Of a DNA stretch of 64,000 bases, positions 1-9,881 are shown one piece after another. The notes beneath the pieces are model-generated. The model did not search any database. It was not told the origin of the DNA and was given only the letters and a program-made list of their open reading frames with translations. How positions within the stretch are numbered: the stretch's first letter is position 1; each line of letters opens with the position of its first letter. The stretch is from Candidatus Buchananbacteria bacterium RIFCSPHIGHO2_01_FULL_44_11 (GTDB taxonomy: Bacteria; Patescibacteriota; Patescibacteriia; Buchananbacterales; UBA6539): the NCBI GenBank assembly GCA_001817345.1, contig MHIE01000019.1, positions 10,380 to 74,379 on the forward strand, given 5' to 3'. The translations under genes and the position numbers were made by a program.

Positions 1-858
1 CAGCTGATTGCTACCGTCCAAGGAGAAAAAATTAAAACCAGAAACATCATCGCTTGTCTGCCGGAAACAAAGACATTCATTAAAGTCACAGACATTGTTT
101 CTGGCGACGCCGAACAGCTGCCCGAGTTGATTAAAGAAGAGGTAAAAAACCATATGCCGCTTGACCCGGAAGAAATCTATTTTGACTGGCAAATTATCGG
201 TAGTACCCCCAAGACGACAAAATTACTGATCGGTGCTGCGCCTAAAGAAATCGTTGACTCTTATTTCGCCACCCTGGAAAAAAGCGGCTTAACTCCCCTG
301 GCCCTTGAAGTAGAAGCTGCCTCCATCACCCGAAGCCTGCTGAAAGAAAATGACCAATCGGCGAAAATTATTATTGATTTTGGCGCCGTCAGAACCGGCT
401 TGATTGTCTATGACCAAGGTACGATTCAATTCACCGTCAGTTTGCCGATCTCAGGCAATAAAATAACCCAAACGATCGCTAAGACCTTGAACCTTGACTT
501 GACTAAAGCCGAGAAAGCCAAAGTTGTCTGCGGCCTAGATCCGGAAAAATGCGAAGGAGCATTGCTCAAAATTCTTTTAAGCGCTATTGAAGAGCTAATC
601 GGCCAGATAAAAAGCACGGCTATGTTTTATAAAACTAACTTTGCCGGCAGTAACGCCATAACCGAAATTGTTCTTTGCGGCGGCGGCGCTAATTTTGCCG
701 GTATTGACCGGGTTTTATCGGAAAAATTAGGTCTGCCGGTTAAGATCAGTAACCCCTTGAACAACATAAAAACCACAAACAAAATAGCCATCCCTAAGGA
801 AAAAATCCTTTCCTACACCACGGCGATTGGCCTAGCCCTCAGAGCTTTTGAAAAATAG
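1..858 (+). CDS. pilM: Type IV pilus assembly protein PilM (5'-truncated by window)
   Basis: Frame is open from base 1 (QLIATVQGEK...LPETKTFIK). Actin-like motifs IIDFGA and IVLCGGGA; C-terminal TTAIGLALR; followed by PilN/PilO-like genes. Confidence 0.9.
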   Translation, partial: QLIATVQGEKIKTRNIIACLPETKTFIKVTDIVSGDAEQLPELIKEEVKNHMPLDPEEIYFDWQIIGSTPKTTKLLIGAAPKEIVDSYFATLEKSGLTPLALEVEAASITRSLLKENDQSAKIIIDFGAVRTGLIVYDQGTIQFTVSLPISGNKITQTIAKTLNLDLTKAEKAKVVCGLDPEKCEGALLKILLSAIEELIGQIKSTAMFYKTNFAGSNAITEIVLCGGGANFAGIDRVLSEKLGLPVKISNPLNNIKTTNKIAIPKEKILSYTTAIGLALRAFEK

Positions 859-863
859 CAGCT

Positions 864-1421
864 ATGATTACCATCAACCTAATTCCAACAAATAAGAAAG
901 AGGAAATTCGCTTAAGCGAAGTTTATATTGTCATTAAGAATTTAATCATCTCGCTTTTGCTATTCATCATCACCGTGGCGATAATTTTATTAGTGTCAAA
1001 AATGATTCTCCAAAATACCTTCAACCGGATCGTGGCCGATACTACCCTAACGACAAGGTATGGCAATATTTTCAGCAATGATATAAAAATTTTCAATCAA
1101 CGGCTGCGAGCGGTGGAAAAAATCCAAAAAAAATACATCCCTTGGACGGATTTCATTTTTAACTTTGTCAACCTGGTGCCCGACGAGGTCAGTATTGGCA
1201 CCGTTAGTTTGGAAACTGAGGCTAAAAATGAAGAAGATAATAACACCGTAACAATCAGTGGTACGGCCAAAACCAGGGAAAAACTGCTCCAACTAAAAAC
1301 TAACTTAGAAAATTCCGCCCTCTTTTCGAATATTGATATCCCGCTGGAAAATCTCCTGAAAAAAGAAGGGGTTAATTTCAACATCAAAGCTAAATTCAAC
1401 CTAAAAGGCTTAGGCCAATAG
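864..1421 (+). CDS. pilN: PilN domain protein
   Basis: N-terminal INLIP motif, one TM helix, VTISGTA segment; directly after pilM. Confidence 0.8.
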   Translation: MITINLIPTNKKEEIRLSEVYIVIKNLIISLLLFIITVAIILLVSKMILQNTFNRIVADTTLTTRYGNIFSNDIKIFNQRLRAVEKIQKKYIPWTDFIFNFVNLVPDEVSIGTVSLETEAKNEEDNNTVTISGTAKTREKLLQLKTNLENSALFSNIDIPLENLLKKEGVNFNIKAKFNLKGLGQ

Positions 1422-1432
1422 GCTATAAAAAA

Positions 1433-1996
1433 ATGAGTGCAAAAAGAAAAATCCTAATATTTATTGCCGCCATTACTGTTGTCACCGGCGTAATTGTTTA
1501 TTTGGTAATCGTACCAACCGTGATTGAAATAAGAAAAATCAGCCAGGCGATTTATAATGAACGCCTTGATTTGGAAAAAAAGTACCTCCGCGGCCAGCTG
1601 CTGAAAAAAACCATTGAAGATTTTGAACAGATCAAACCAAAAAAAGACCAGCTGACCAGCGCCTTCTTGATTTTAGGCCGGGAGTTGGAATTTATCACCA
1701 GTCTTGAAGACATTGCCTCTCAGAATCAGTTGATTCAGAACATCCAACTCAACATTAACGAAAAGAAAAAAAGAGAGGAATTTGACGAAGTACCTGTCAC
1801 TCTAACGTTGCAAGGTAATTTCCTCCAAACGATGAATTACTTAGCGAGCTTGGAAAAATTAAACTACTACATCAATCTGACGTCTTTAAAAATTTCAGCC
1901 GCCGACCAAGATCAAGATTCATCGACTAGCTTAGTCACAACCATTCTCAGCGGTAAAGTCAACGCCATTGGGCCAGATAAAGAAGAAAAAGATTAA
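1433..1996 (+). CDS. pilO: Type IV pilus biogenesis protein PilO
   Basis: TM helix plus coiled coil; VTLTLQGNF...YLASLEKL PilO-like motif; operon position. Confidence 0.8.
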   Translation: MSAKRKILIFIAAITVVTGVIVYLVIVPTVIEIRKISQAIYNERLDLEKKYLRGQLLKKTIEDFEQIKPKKDQLTSAFLILGRELEFITSLEDIASQNQLIQNIQLNINEKKKREEFDEVPVTLTLQGNFLQTMNYLASLEKLNYYINLTSLKISAADQDQDSSTSLVTTILSGKVNAIGPDKEEKD

Positions 1997-2001
1997 TAGC
2001 T

Positions 2002-2346
2002 ATGAAATTAAAACTGCAAATATCTAAATTCAAAATATTCGGTCTGATCATCAAACTGGTCAAGTACCTTTACCTGATAGTGATTTTAATCGCCCTGGGC
2101 GCTTTGGCAATCCTTGGGCTGTTTCTTTATAAAAATCTATACGTCACTATCACCCAATCAGAGGAGATTATCCTCCTCAAACAAGAGGTGGCTCCCGATA
2201 CCATTGATCGAACGAAAGTTAATACCGTCTTAAGTGCTTTAGAAAAAAAATCAACCAGTGCTGACAATATAGACTGGTCGCAAGTTAAAAATCCGTTTAA
2301 TTTTTCAGTTCAAACGCCGGCACCAAGCCAAATCGGCATTGATTAA
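2002..2346 (+). CDS. Hypothetical membrane protein (pilP-like position)
   Basis: Single TM helix, KNPF motif near C-terminus, last gene of pilMNO run. Confidence 0.55.
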   Translation: MKLKLQISKFKIFGLIIKLVKYLYLIVILIALGALAILGLFLYKNLYVTITQSEEIILLKQEVAPDTIDRTKVNTVLSALEKKSTSADNIDWSQVKNPFNFSVQTPAPSQIGID

Positions 2347-2378
2347 AGATAACTCAACCTTTTGGTTCTGACTTGATC

Positions 2379-2406
2379 AACCCAGAAAATGCTGGGTTAT
2401 TTTTTT
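2379..2406 (+). terminator. Intrinsic terminator of pil operon
   Basis: AACCCAG-6 nt-CTGGGTT followed by ATTTTTT, between convergent genes. Confidence 0.6.
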
Positions 2407-3601
2407 AATATTTATTTAATTTTTTAATTACACCCACTAGGGCGGTCAAAAAATAACGTACTTCTTCTTGAGTATTAAATTTGCCTAAAGTAATTCGCAA
2501 ATTTCCGGTCGGAGCCAACTGATTTTGGCCTAAGGCTGCCAAAACATGGGAAGACTGTAAAGATCCGGCCGCACAAGCCGACCCGGCTGAAGCGTCAATC
2601 CCGGCCTGATCTAAAAGTAAAAGCAGATTTTCTGAGTCAACACCGGCAAAGCTAAAATGAGCGTTAGCCACTACCCGTTTTTTTAGGTCCCCGTTAATTT
2701 TCGCCCGAGGGATACAATATCTAACTCCAGCTATTAATTCATCGCGTAATTTTTTAATTCTTTTGGCTTCAGCTGTAACCTTTTTTTTATTCAGCAAAAG
2801 CTCGATTGCCCGACCTAAACCGACGATACCAGGGACATTCAAGCTGCCCGGCCGCAAAGAAAACTCATGGCTACCACCAAACTGAATCGGCATGATTGGC
2901 GTATTGTTCCTGCAGTATAAAACACCAATACCTTTGGGGCCATAAATTTTATGAGCCGAAAGCGACAACAAATCAACACCCAAAGCGACAACTGAGATTG
3001 GACAATAAAGTGCCGCTTGCACCGCATCAGTATGAAAATAAATCAAGGGCAAATTTTCTTTTTTTCTTTGGCTGTTAACGGCTTTCACTAGCCGGCCAAT
3101 TTCTGCGATCGGTTGAATCGTGCCAATTTCGTTATTGACGTACATGATTGAAATTAGACGGGTATTCTTTTTTATTGCCTGCTTTAGACCGGCTATATTA
3201 ATCAAACCATTTCGGTCAACGTCAAGAGAAGTAATAGCGACTCCCCTTTTAGCCACAGCTCCACATGACTCCAGAATAGCCGGATGTTCAATCTTAGAAG
3301 TAATAATGTGCTCACCGGGTCTCGCTAAACCCTGAATCACGATATTGTCGCTTTCTGTGCCGCCGGCAGTAAAAATAATCTCGTGAGGCTGGCAGCGCAA
3401 AAACCTGGCCACCATGGCCCGGGCCTGATCCACTGCTTGCAGCGCCTGCCGGCCGGACCAATGGACAGAAGAAGCATTGCCAAAAATTTCAGAAAAATAA
3501 GGCGCCATAGTGGCTTGAACCGATGGGTCAACCGGAGTGGCGGCGGCGTGATCAAAATAAATTCGTCGCCGCTTATTTTTTAAATTTTTGGCACTAACCA
3601 T
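2405..3601 (-). CDS. iscS: Cysteine desulfurase, IscS/NifS family
   Basis: YFDHAAATP, HTDAVQA, SAHKIYGPKG (PLP lysine), SAGSAC (catalytic Cys). Confidence 0.92.
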   Translation of the reverse strand: MVSAKNLKNKRRRIYFDHAAATPVDPSVQATMAPYFSEIFGNASSVHWSGRQALQAVDQARAMVARFLRCQPHEIIFTAGGTESDNIVIQGLARPGEHIITSKIEHPAILESCGAVAKRGVAITSLDVDRNGLINIAGLKQAIKKNTRLISIMYVNNEIGTIQPIAEIGRLVKAVNSQRKKENLPLIYFHTDAVQAALYCPISVVALGVDLLSLSAHKIYGPKGIGVLYCRNNTPIMPIQFGGSHEFSLRPGSLNVPGIVGLGRAIELLLNKKKVTAEAKRIKKLRDELIAGVRYCIPRAKINGDLKKRVVANAHFSFAGVDSENLLLLLDQAGIDASAGSACAAGSLQSSHVLAALGQNQLAPTGNLRITLGKFNTQEEVRYFLTALVGVIKKLNKY

Positions 3602-3613
3602 AACTTAAAATAA

Positions 3614-4429
3614 TTAAAGCCAAACGGCGATTATGACCGACTGAGTGGAATCAATTTCCTGATCCGTCATGCCGTCAGAGTCAAGGGTATGATCCCAATC
3701 AGCCACCGCCCCTAAAAGAGTTTGAAATTTATATTTGAAGCCTTCGCCCCTTTTGGTGCCCGGGTCATTAGTGATAAACTCGTCTTGATCATAACCAGTG
3801 ATTACCAGCATGTGATAAATCGGACCGGGGGTCTGAAAATAAGGATTGCCTAGTTGGCGGCCGGCGGCCGGCACAATTATCAGTTTACCCTGAGCCAATT
3901 CTTTTTTGATTCTCTCAGCCGTGACGTCATAAATTAATTCTGACTTCAAACCAAAATATTGACTTAAAATTTCACTGGTTTCTGCCGCCGTTAAATCAAC
4001 CTCGTAATCATTATCATTTTCCCACTCGACTAAATCAAGAATGGCTTGTTCCGCAATATGACTATCGAGTAGTTGTTGTTTAAAATATTTAGCGACCATA
4101 ATCATGGAGGCCTCTTCGCAGGCTTCTCCGTGCAGCTCATCCCAGACTCCATACGGCGCCTGGGAGGTGAATGACACCGGTTGATTGAAAGTTTCGGACA
4201 CGGTCAAATCAGGCGGCGCTAAAACCTCTTTTGCTTCTTCATCTGGTAGTTCTGGCGATTTTGGCTTTGGTTCGGCCACTATTGCCGGCTGATCAGACTT
4301 AGTTGGTTCGGCCTGATTAGAAGGAACGGCCGAATTATTAACCAATTCCGGCTGGTTTAGAGCCAAATTTTGGCGACAACCGGCCAAAAGTATTAGTCCG
4401 GCTATAATTAGAAGTATTTTGGCTAGCAT
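3614..4429 (-). CDS. Lipoprotein with C39-like cysteine peptidase domain
   Basis: Likely start ATG 4429 (MLAKILLIIAGLILLAGC, lipobox). SQAP...ACEEAS, YHMLVITGYD, TNDPG give a Cys-His-Asp triad. Confidence 0.75.
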   Translation of the reverse strand: MLAKILLIIAGLILLAGCRQNLALNQPELVNNSAVPSNQAEPTKSDQPAIVAEPKPKSPELPDEEAKEVLAPPDLTVSETFNQPVSFTSQAPYGVWDELHGEACEEASMIMVAKYFKQQLLDSHIAEQAILDLVEWENDNDYEVDLTAAETSEILSQYFGLKSELIYDVTAERIKKELAQGKLIIVPAAGRQLGNPYFQTPGPIYHMLVITGYDQDEFITNDPGTKRGEGFKYKFQTLLGAVADWDHTLDSDGMTDQEIDSTQSVIIAVWL

Positions 4430-4437
4430 AACGCATC

Positions 4438-4466
4438 TTGACAATATTTAATAAATGAATTATACT
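4438..4466 (+). promoter_or_regulatory. Sigma70 promoter for rpmA
   Basis: TTGACA-17 bp-TATACT. Confidence 0.75.
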
Positions 4467-4503
4467 ATTTTTATATTTATTTTAAAAGTTAAAATTCCAT
4501 TTT

Positions 4504-4785
4504 ATGTCTCATAAAAAAGCAGGTGGTTCTACTAGTTTAGGCCGCGATTCACAAGCTCAAAGGCTGGGTATCAAATTATTTGACGGAGAAGTGGCTCAAC
4601 CGGGCAATATTTTGGTCCGCCAAAGAGGCAGCCGAGTCCGGCCGGGCCGCAATGTCAAAAAAGGTGGCGGCGACACTTTATTCGCTTTGACCAGCGGCAT
4701 GGTTAAGTTTACCAAAAAGAAAATCAAAAAATTCCATGGCCGGCTGGAATGGGCGCGGTTTGTCAGTATTATCCCAAAAAAATAA
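4504..4785 (+). CDS. rpmA: 50S ribosomal protein L27
   Basis: [31 protein letters not shown]. Confidence 0.98.
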   Translation: MSHKKAGGSTSLGRDSQAQRLGIKLFDGEVAQPGNILVRQRGSRVRPGRNVKKGGGDTLFALTSGMVKFTKKKIKKFHGRLEWARFVSIIPKK

Positions 4786-4803
4786 TCCAAATCAATGTAA
4801 CGT

Positions 4804-4831
4804 AAAGACGCCCTATTAGGGCGTCTTTTTT
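4804..4831. terminator. Bidirectional terminator between rpmA and pyrG
   Basis: AAAGACGCCCT-ATT-AGGGCGTCTTT plus T run, between convergent genes. Confidence 0.8.
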
Positions 4832-4850
4832 ATGAATATGTTTATTCGGA

Positions 4851-6476
4851 TTATTTTTTTAATCTTTTGGCCGCGGCAATAAATTCCTTAAATAACGGAT
4901 GAGGCGACAGCGGCCGGGATTTTAATTCAGGATGAAACTGGGTACCGACAAAAAACGGATGATTAGGCAGTTCGACAATCTCCACTAAATTGCCGTCGGG
5001 CGAAAGGCCGGCCAAAAGCAAACCTTTGGCCGTTAAGCGCTTCCTAAAGTCATTATTGAATTCATAGCGATGGCGATGGCGTTCAGAAATTTTTTTCTGG
5101 CCGTAGGCGGCAAAAGACTTGGAACCTTTGGTTAAAAAGCAAGGGTAGCCACCCAGCCGCATTGTATTACCATACTGTTTTTTTGCCAGTTTCTCACTTT
5201 GGTCAGCCATAATGTGAATCACTGGGAATTTAGTTTTGGGATTAATTTCGGTGGTGTTAGCACCAGCCATCTTGGCCACATTTCTGGCAAACTCAACTGT
5301 GGCTAATTGCATACCGTAGCAAAGGCCTAAAAATGGAATTTTATTTTCCCGAGCGTATTTAATGGCTAAAATTTTACCCTCAACTCCTCGCTTGCCAAAG
5401 CCACCCGGTACAATTATGCCGTCATATTTTTTTAATTCCTTGACCGCCGACGGCTGTTTCTCGTACAAGTCGGAATTCAGCCAGTCAATTTCCGCCTTGA
5501 CGTTATTAACCGCGGCGGCGTGTTTAATCGCTTCAATGACCGAAATATAAGCGTCAGGCAAAATGAAATCGCCGGAGGCAAAATACTTGCCAATCATGCC
5601 GATTTTTACCGTGCCACTACCATTCTTCAATTTTTTTACCATTCTCTGCCAAGCGGCCAGGTCTTTCTTTTTTGGTTTTAAATTTAATTCTTTGATAATT
5701 TTTTCCGCGAACCGCTCACGATCCAGAACTAAAGGCACTTCATAGATTGACTCAACGTCAGGATTGGAAATCACATGGTCTTTGGGAATACTGCAAAAAG
5801 TTGAGATTTTCTTGCGCCGCGGTTCATCCACCGGCTCTTCTGAACGACAAATGATAAAATCCGGTTGAATACCAGCGGCATTGAGCTGCCGGACGACGTA
5901 TTGAGTTGGCTTAGTTTTCATCTCCCCTAAGTTACCCGGGATTGGCAGATAAGTCACCAATAGGAATAGACAATCGTTGGGGTCTTTATAGTGCATTAAC
6001 CGGGCCGCTTCCAGAAATAAGATGTTTTGATATTCACCGACCGTCCCGCCGATTTCAACAATGGTGATTTCTGAACCGGTTTTTTTGGTGGCCAACCGGA
6101 TCCGTCTGATGACTTCTTCCGGAATATGGGGTACCACTTCCACGCACTTGCCGCCATAGTCTAAATTTCTTTCCCGCTCTATCACCGACTGATAAACCCG
6201 GCCGGTGGTCATATAATTGACGCGGTGAATGTCCGTATTTAAAAATCTTTCGTAATTACCGATATCCTGATCGGTTTCATCCCCGTCTTCGGTCACAAAC
6301 ACTTCGCCGTGCTCGGTCGGATTCATCGTTCCGGCGTCAACGTTGACGTATGGATCAATTTTAATCGCTGTCACTTTAAAACCGCGGGCCTGAAGCAAAG
6401 TGGCGATTGAGGCGACTGTAACGCCTTTACCCACACCGGAGATCACTCCACCCATGACGAAAATAAATTTTGGCAT
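4851..6476 (-). CDS. pyrG: CTP synthase
   Basis: GGVISGVGKG, KIDPYVNVDAGTM, KTKPTQ, GLCYGMQ, ERHRHRYE, QFHPE. Confidence 0.98.
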   Translation of the reverse strand: MPKFIFVMGGVISGVGKGVTVASIATLLQARGFKVTAIKIDPYVNVDAGTMNPTEHGEVFVTEDGDETDQDIGNYERFLNTDIHRVNYMTTGRVYQSVIERERNLDYGGKCVEVVPHIPEEVIRRIRLATKKTGSEITIVEIGGTVGEYQNILFLEAARLMHYKDPNDCLFLLVTYLPIPGNLGEMKTKPTQYVVRQLNAAGIQPDFIICRSEEPVDEPRRKKISTFCSIPKDHVISNPDVESIYEVPLVLDRERFAEKIIKELNLKPKKKDLAAWQRMVKKLKNGSGTVKIGMIGKYFASGDFILPDAYISVIEAIKHAAAVNNVKAEIDWLNSDLYEKQPSAVKELKKYDGIIVPGGFGKRGVEGKILAIKYARENKIPFLGLCYGMQLATVEFARNVAKMAGANTTEINPKTKFPVIHIMADQSEKLAKKQYGNTMRLGGYPCFLTKGSKSFAAYGQKKISERHRHRYEFNNDFRKRLTAKGLLLAGLSPDGNLVEIVELPNHPFFVGTQFHPELKSRPLSPHPLFKEFIAAAKRLKK

Positions 6477-6512
6477 ATTTTTCTGTTAAATTTTTCTTAA
6501 GTAAAAAGCGAC

Positions 6513-6536
6513 AGGCCCACCGAGCTCGGTGGGCCT
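6513..6536. terminator. Perfect 24-bp palindrome between rplI and pyrG (terminator/attenuator-like)
   Basis: AGGCCCACCGAGCTCGGTGGGCCT; a T-rich run follows 5 nt later on the minus strand. Confidence 0.45.
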
Positions 6537-6579
6537 TAATTGATAAATATTGAAAAATTGAATAAAAGACAATTCACAA

Positions 6580-7020
6580 TCATTCGGCATTAATGATTAA
6601 GGTGATGCGGGAATCCAGACCATGATCAAGATTAATCACGACTTCATGCTCACCGATTTCTTTAATGTGTTGGGCTTGGATTTGCTCTTTTTGGACTGAA
6701 AAACCCTTGTCCTTCAAAGCGCCGGCGATTTTTAAGGCCGAAACCGAGGCGAATAAAGTACCGGATTCGCTGGCTTTAGCCGTAACTTCAACCACTTGAC
6801 CTTCCAACTGCTGGGCTAATTTCTCCGTTTTGGCTAAATCAGCCTCGGCCATATTAGATTCTTTCTCTTTTTCCAACTCAGCTTCTTTAATCGTTTCCGG
6901 CGTGGCTTCTTTAACTAAGCCCTTGGGCATTAAAAAATTACGAGCATAGCCGGTGGCCACCTCTTTAACATCATTTTTTTCTCCCAAATTGGGCACATTT
7001 TTCAGTAAAATTACTTTCAT
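6580..7020 (-). CDS. rplI: 50S ribosomal protein L9
   Basis: MKVILLKNVPNLG...GYARNFLMPKG, LFASV. Confidence 0.97.
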   Translation of the reverse strand: MKVILLKNVPNLGEKNDVKEVATGYARNFLMPKGLVKEATPETIKEAELEKEKESNMAEADLAKTEKLAQQLEGQVVEVTAKASESGTLFASVSALKIAGALKDKGFSVQKEQIQAQHIKEIGEHEVVINLDHGLDSRITLIINAE

Positions 7021-7045
7021 AAATGGCTAAAATTCTTGTTCTCAA

Positions 7046-7318
7046 CTACTTTATCATAAAATCAGAAAATTCGCCAGTCGCCTCAGACCAGTTTTTTTCA
7101 ATCTTTTGGACCTGAGCTAGTCCTACCCCATTATAGCACCATAAAACAAAATCTTCCAAATCGCTTTGAGATCCCTCAGCGACCAATTCGACCGTGCCAT
7201 CCTCGGCATTAGCTACGTAGCCGCTAAAGCCGCTCTTGACCGCCTCCTTTTGCGCCAAGTAGCGATAACCAACTCCCTGAACCAAACCATAGATTTTAAG
7301 AGTCAGCCTTTTTTTCAT
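7046..7318 (-). CDS. acyP: Acylphosphatase
   Basis: GLVQGVGYR, GYVAN..DGTVE. Confidence 0.92.
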   Translation of the reverse strand: MKKRLTLKIYGLVQGVGYRYLAQKEAVKSGFSGYVANAEDGTVELVAEGSQSDLEDFVLWCYNGVGLAQVQKIEKNWSEATGEFSDFMIK

Positions 7319-7325
7319 TATGAAT

Positions 7326-8270
7326 TTATAAAGTAGTAATTGGTCGCGATTGGGTAATATAAAATTTACCCTTAGCCCAAGCCCATTCTATATCTTCCGG
7401 CTTTTTATAATGCTTTTCAATTTGCAGACAGATATTAGCCAGCTCAATAATCTGCCGGCCGGTCAACTTCTGTGACTGCTGCTTATTTTTCGGCACGGCC
7501 TGCCAACTGTTGCCTGACTGTCCCTTGCGGGCTAGCATTTTTTTCTGCTCGGCGATATTAATGTCTAAAATGCTTAAATCTTTTTTACTGACGACGTAAC
7601 TGTCCGGCGTGATTTGCCCCGAGACAATCGCTTCGCCTAGGCCAAAGCCGGCCTCAATGATTAACTGGTTTTTATCTTTAGTCACCGGATGAACAGTAAA
7701 ACAAATGCCCGAAATTTCAGACGCAACCATTTGCTGGATCACCACGGCCACCGAAACTTTCGAATTACGCATCCCTTTTTCAAAACGATAAAAAATTGCC
7801 CGGGACGTAAAAAGGGATGACCAACAAGACTTGACTTTACCCAATAAATTCTTTTCCGTCGTGTTCAAATAAGTTTCCAGCTCTCCGGCCCAACTAGCTT
7901 GCGAGGAATCCTCAGCCGTGGCTGACGACCGGACCGCGACAAACTGAGTCTTTAATTTTTTAAATTCAATCAAAATATCCTGCTGCAAATCTTTGGGCAT
8001 TTTGGCGTCATGAATCAGGTCCCGGATCATATTCGAGGCGCCATCAACCGAGTTCAAATCCTTGTAATTGACCTTTTTTAGCTCGGCGGATAATTCCACG
8101 TTTAGATCCGTCTCGGCTAAAAACCGATCAAAGGCAGCCGCTAAAACCACAAAACCAGGCGGCACTGGAATGCCGGCTTGGGTCATCTCGCCCAGCGAGG
8201 CGCCCTTGCCACCGGCAATGCCCACGTCTTTTTTAGAAATTTTGCCAAAAGGCAGAATAAATTTTGACAT
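7326..8270 (-). CDS. Stand-alone PEP-synthase/PPDK N-terminal (nucleotide-binding) domain protein
   Basis: AGGKGASLGEM, VAVRSSATAED, GLGEAIVSG; ends at QSRPITTL with no His-swivel or PEP-binding domain. Likely start ATG 8270. Confidence 0.85.
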   Translation of the reverse strand: MSKFILPFGKISKKDVGIAGGKGASLGEMTQAGIPVPPGFVVLAAAFDRFLAETDLNVELSAELKKVNYKDLNSVDGASNMIRDLIHDAKMPKDLQQDILIEFKKLKTQFVAVRSSATAEDSSQASWAGELETYLNTTEKNLLGKVKSCWSSLFTSRAIFYRFEKGMRNSKVSVAVVIQQMVASEISGICFTVHPVTKDKNQLIIEAGFGLGEAIVSGQITPDSYVVSKKDLSILDINIAEQKKMLARKGQSGNSWQAVPKNKQQSQKLTGRQIIELANICLQIEKHYKKPEDIEWAWAKGKFYITQSRPITTL

Positions 8271-8385
8271 AATTTTAGAATAAAAATGTTTGCTTAAATC
8301 AATTACAGTATAGTAAATTTTTAAATAAAAATACAGCCATAACATTATTTTTTCTCTAAAATAAGATAAAATTTGGCTTCAACTA

Positions 8386-8414
8386 TTGACTTTTTTGATA
8401 AATTATGATATTAT
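8386..8414 (+). promoter_or_regulatory. Sigma70 promoter pointing into ORF-less region
   Basis: TTGACT-17 bp-TATTAT, with extended -10 TG. Confidence 0.6.
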
Positions 8415-8420
8415 ATAATA

Positions 8421-8571
8421 TTAACCATAAAATACCACTTTATCTTTGGTTGGCTCTAATTAGCGGTAAGTCGCTATTGTGGCTTATCGCTAGTTAAAAC
8501 CAATAAAAAACCTCAAAATGACTTGAGGCTAAAACCAAGGATGTTGACCAGACAGTCAAGATATCCTTTTT
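8421..8571 (+). ncRNA. Candidate structured small RNA (unknown family)
   Basis: 18-bp stem 8457-8474/8479-8496 with four G-U pairs that form only on the + strand; second hairpin 8511-8528; third hairpin 8537-8568 followed by Ts; upstream promoter. Confidence 0.5.
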
Positions 8572-8601
8572 CATTAAAAGCCGTTAGGCTTGTTTTTTAT
8601 T

Positions 8602-9867
8602 TTATTCAGCGCGCAAAATTTCCAAGGCCCTATCCAGTTGCGGATCTTTGTCTTGGTCGTAATCTTCCCGGGTTCTTTCCACTTTAATATCCGGCTCAAT
8701 ACCCTTCTCGTTAATCTGCCGATCTTTGGGCGTCAGCCATTCAGCAATGGTCAATTTAACCGAAGAACCGTCTTTAAACTCTCGCAGGTCTTGAACCGAA
8801 CCTTTGCCAAAAGTAGTTTCACCCACAATGGTCGCGGCACCATAATCCTGCAAAGCGCCGGCCACAATTTCCGAACCAGACGCGCTGCCTTTATTCACCA
8901 AGACTACGGTGGGAATACCACTAAGACGCGCCTGGCGATTAGCCCGATGTTCCAGACTAGTACCATCTCTTAATCTTTCTTTAACCACCACTTGACCATT
9001 GATCCATTCACCGGAAATCTCAATGGCGGTGTTTAAAAACCCGCCCGGATTGTTGCGTAAATCCAAAATAATGCCTTTGGCGCCGGCGGCTAAAATTTTC
9101 TGAACGGTTTTATTCCAGTCGGCCAAAGTATTCTCGTTAAAATAAAGCAGCTCAATATAGGCAATTTGACCTTCAAGCAACAAGTCCGCTTGGCTTTCTT
9201 CAACTGGGGTACCATCCGGCCGGGCAATTCTAACGCTGTCAATCTCAATTTGATCACGGACGATTTTTATTTCTTTGGGCTCGCTGTCGCCATTAGACAG
9301 AACCGTTAAAATAACAGTCGTGCCTTTTTGGCCGCGAATCAGATTAACGGCGTGGTCTAAAGAAATAGTACTGGTATCCAGACCGTCAATAGCGTAAACT
9401 TTGTCGCCGGCCAAAAGGCCGGACTGTTCCGCCGGCGTGCCGGGCAGAGGCGCAATAATTGTCAGCTGGTTATCTTTCATGCCGATCTCAGCGCCAATGC
9501 CTTCAAAATTACCCGACAGCTCATCAGAAAATTTGGTGGCAATCTCCGGGTCTAAAAATATTGAATAAGGATCGCCTAAAGAAGCGACAATGCCGGCCAA
9601 AGCGCCGTAGAAAAGCTGGGTCTCCGGCACATCGTCTTTGACGTAATTTTCCTTAACGTAATTCCAAACTGTCCAGAACTGCTGGAAATCAACGTCTTGG
9701 CTTAAAAATTCGGGCATTGTTTGAGTGTTCGAGACAGAACCGGCCACCGGATTGAACTTATTCACCAGCCGGTTATTGCCAAAAACCGTACCGGACAAAA
9801 AAGCGAAGAATATTAAAATGGCAATAATATTGCCGACAATAAATAACTTGGTAAATTTGTTAAACAT
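8602..9867 (-). CDS. ctpA: S41 family C-terminal processing protease (PDZ plus peptidase)
   Basis: LGDPYS, GIGAEI (PDZ), LDLRNNPGG, SASGSEIVAGAL, TFGKGSVQ. Confidence 0.92.
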   Translation of the reverse strand: MFNKFTKLFIVGNIIAILIFFAFLSGTVFGNNRLVNKFNPVAGSVSNTQTMPEFLSQDVDFQQFWTVWNYVKENYVKDDVPETQLFYGALAGIVASLGDPYSIFLDPEIATKFSDELSGNFEGIGAEIGMKDNQLTIIAPLPGTPAEQSGLLAGDKVYAIDGLDTSTISLDHAVNLIRGQKGTTVILTVLSNGDSEPKEIKIVRDQIEIDSVRIARPDGTPVEESQADLLLEGQIAYIELLYFNENTLADWNKTVQKILAAGAKGIILDLRNNPGGFLNTAIEISGEWINGQVVVKERLRDGTSLEHRANRQARLSGIPTVVLVNKGSASGSEIVAGALQDYGAATIVGETTFGKGSVQDLREFKDGSSVKLTIAEWLTPKDRQINEKGIEPDIKVERTREDYDQDKDPQLDRALEILRAE

Positions 9868-9881
9868 AGTTGATATTAAAT

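Noticed and set aside
6580-7020. TGA recoding (genetic code 25)
   Set aside because: rplI, rfbA and pseI end at TGA at the expected lengths, and long genes have no internal TGA.
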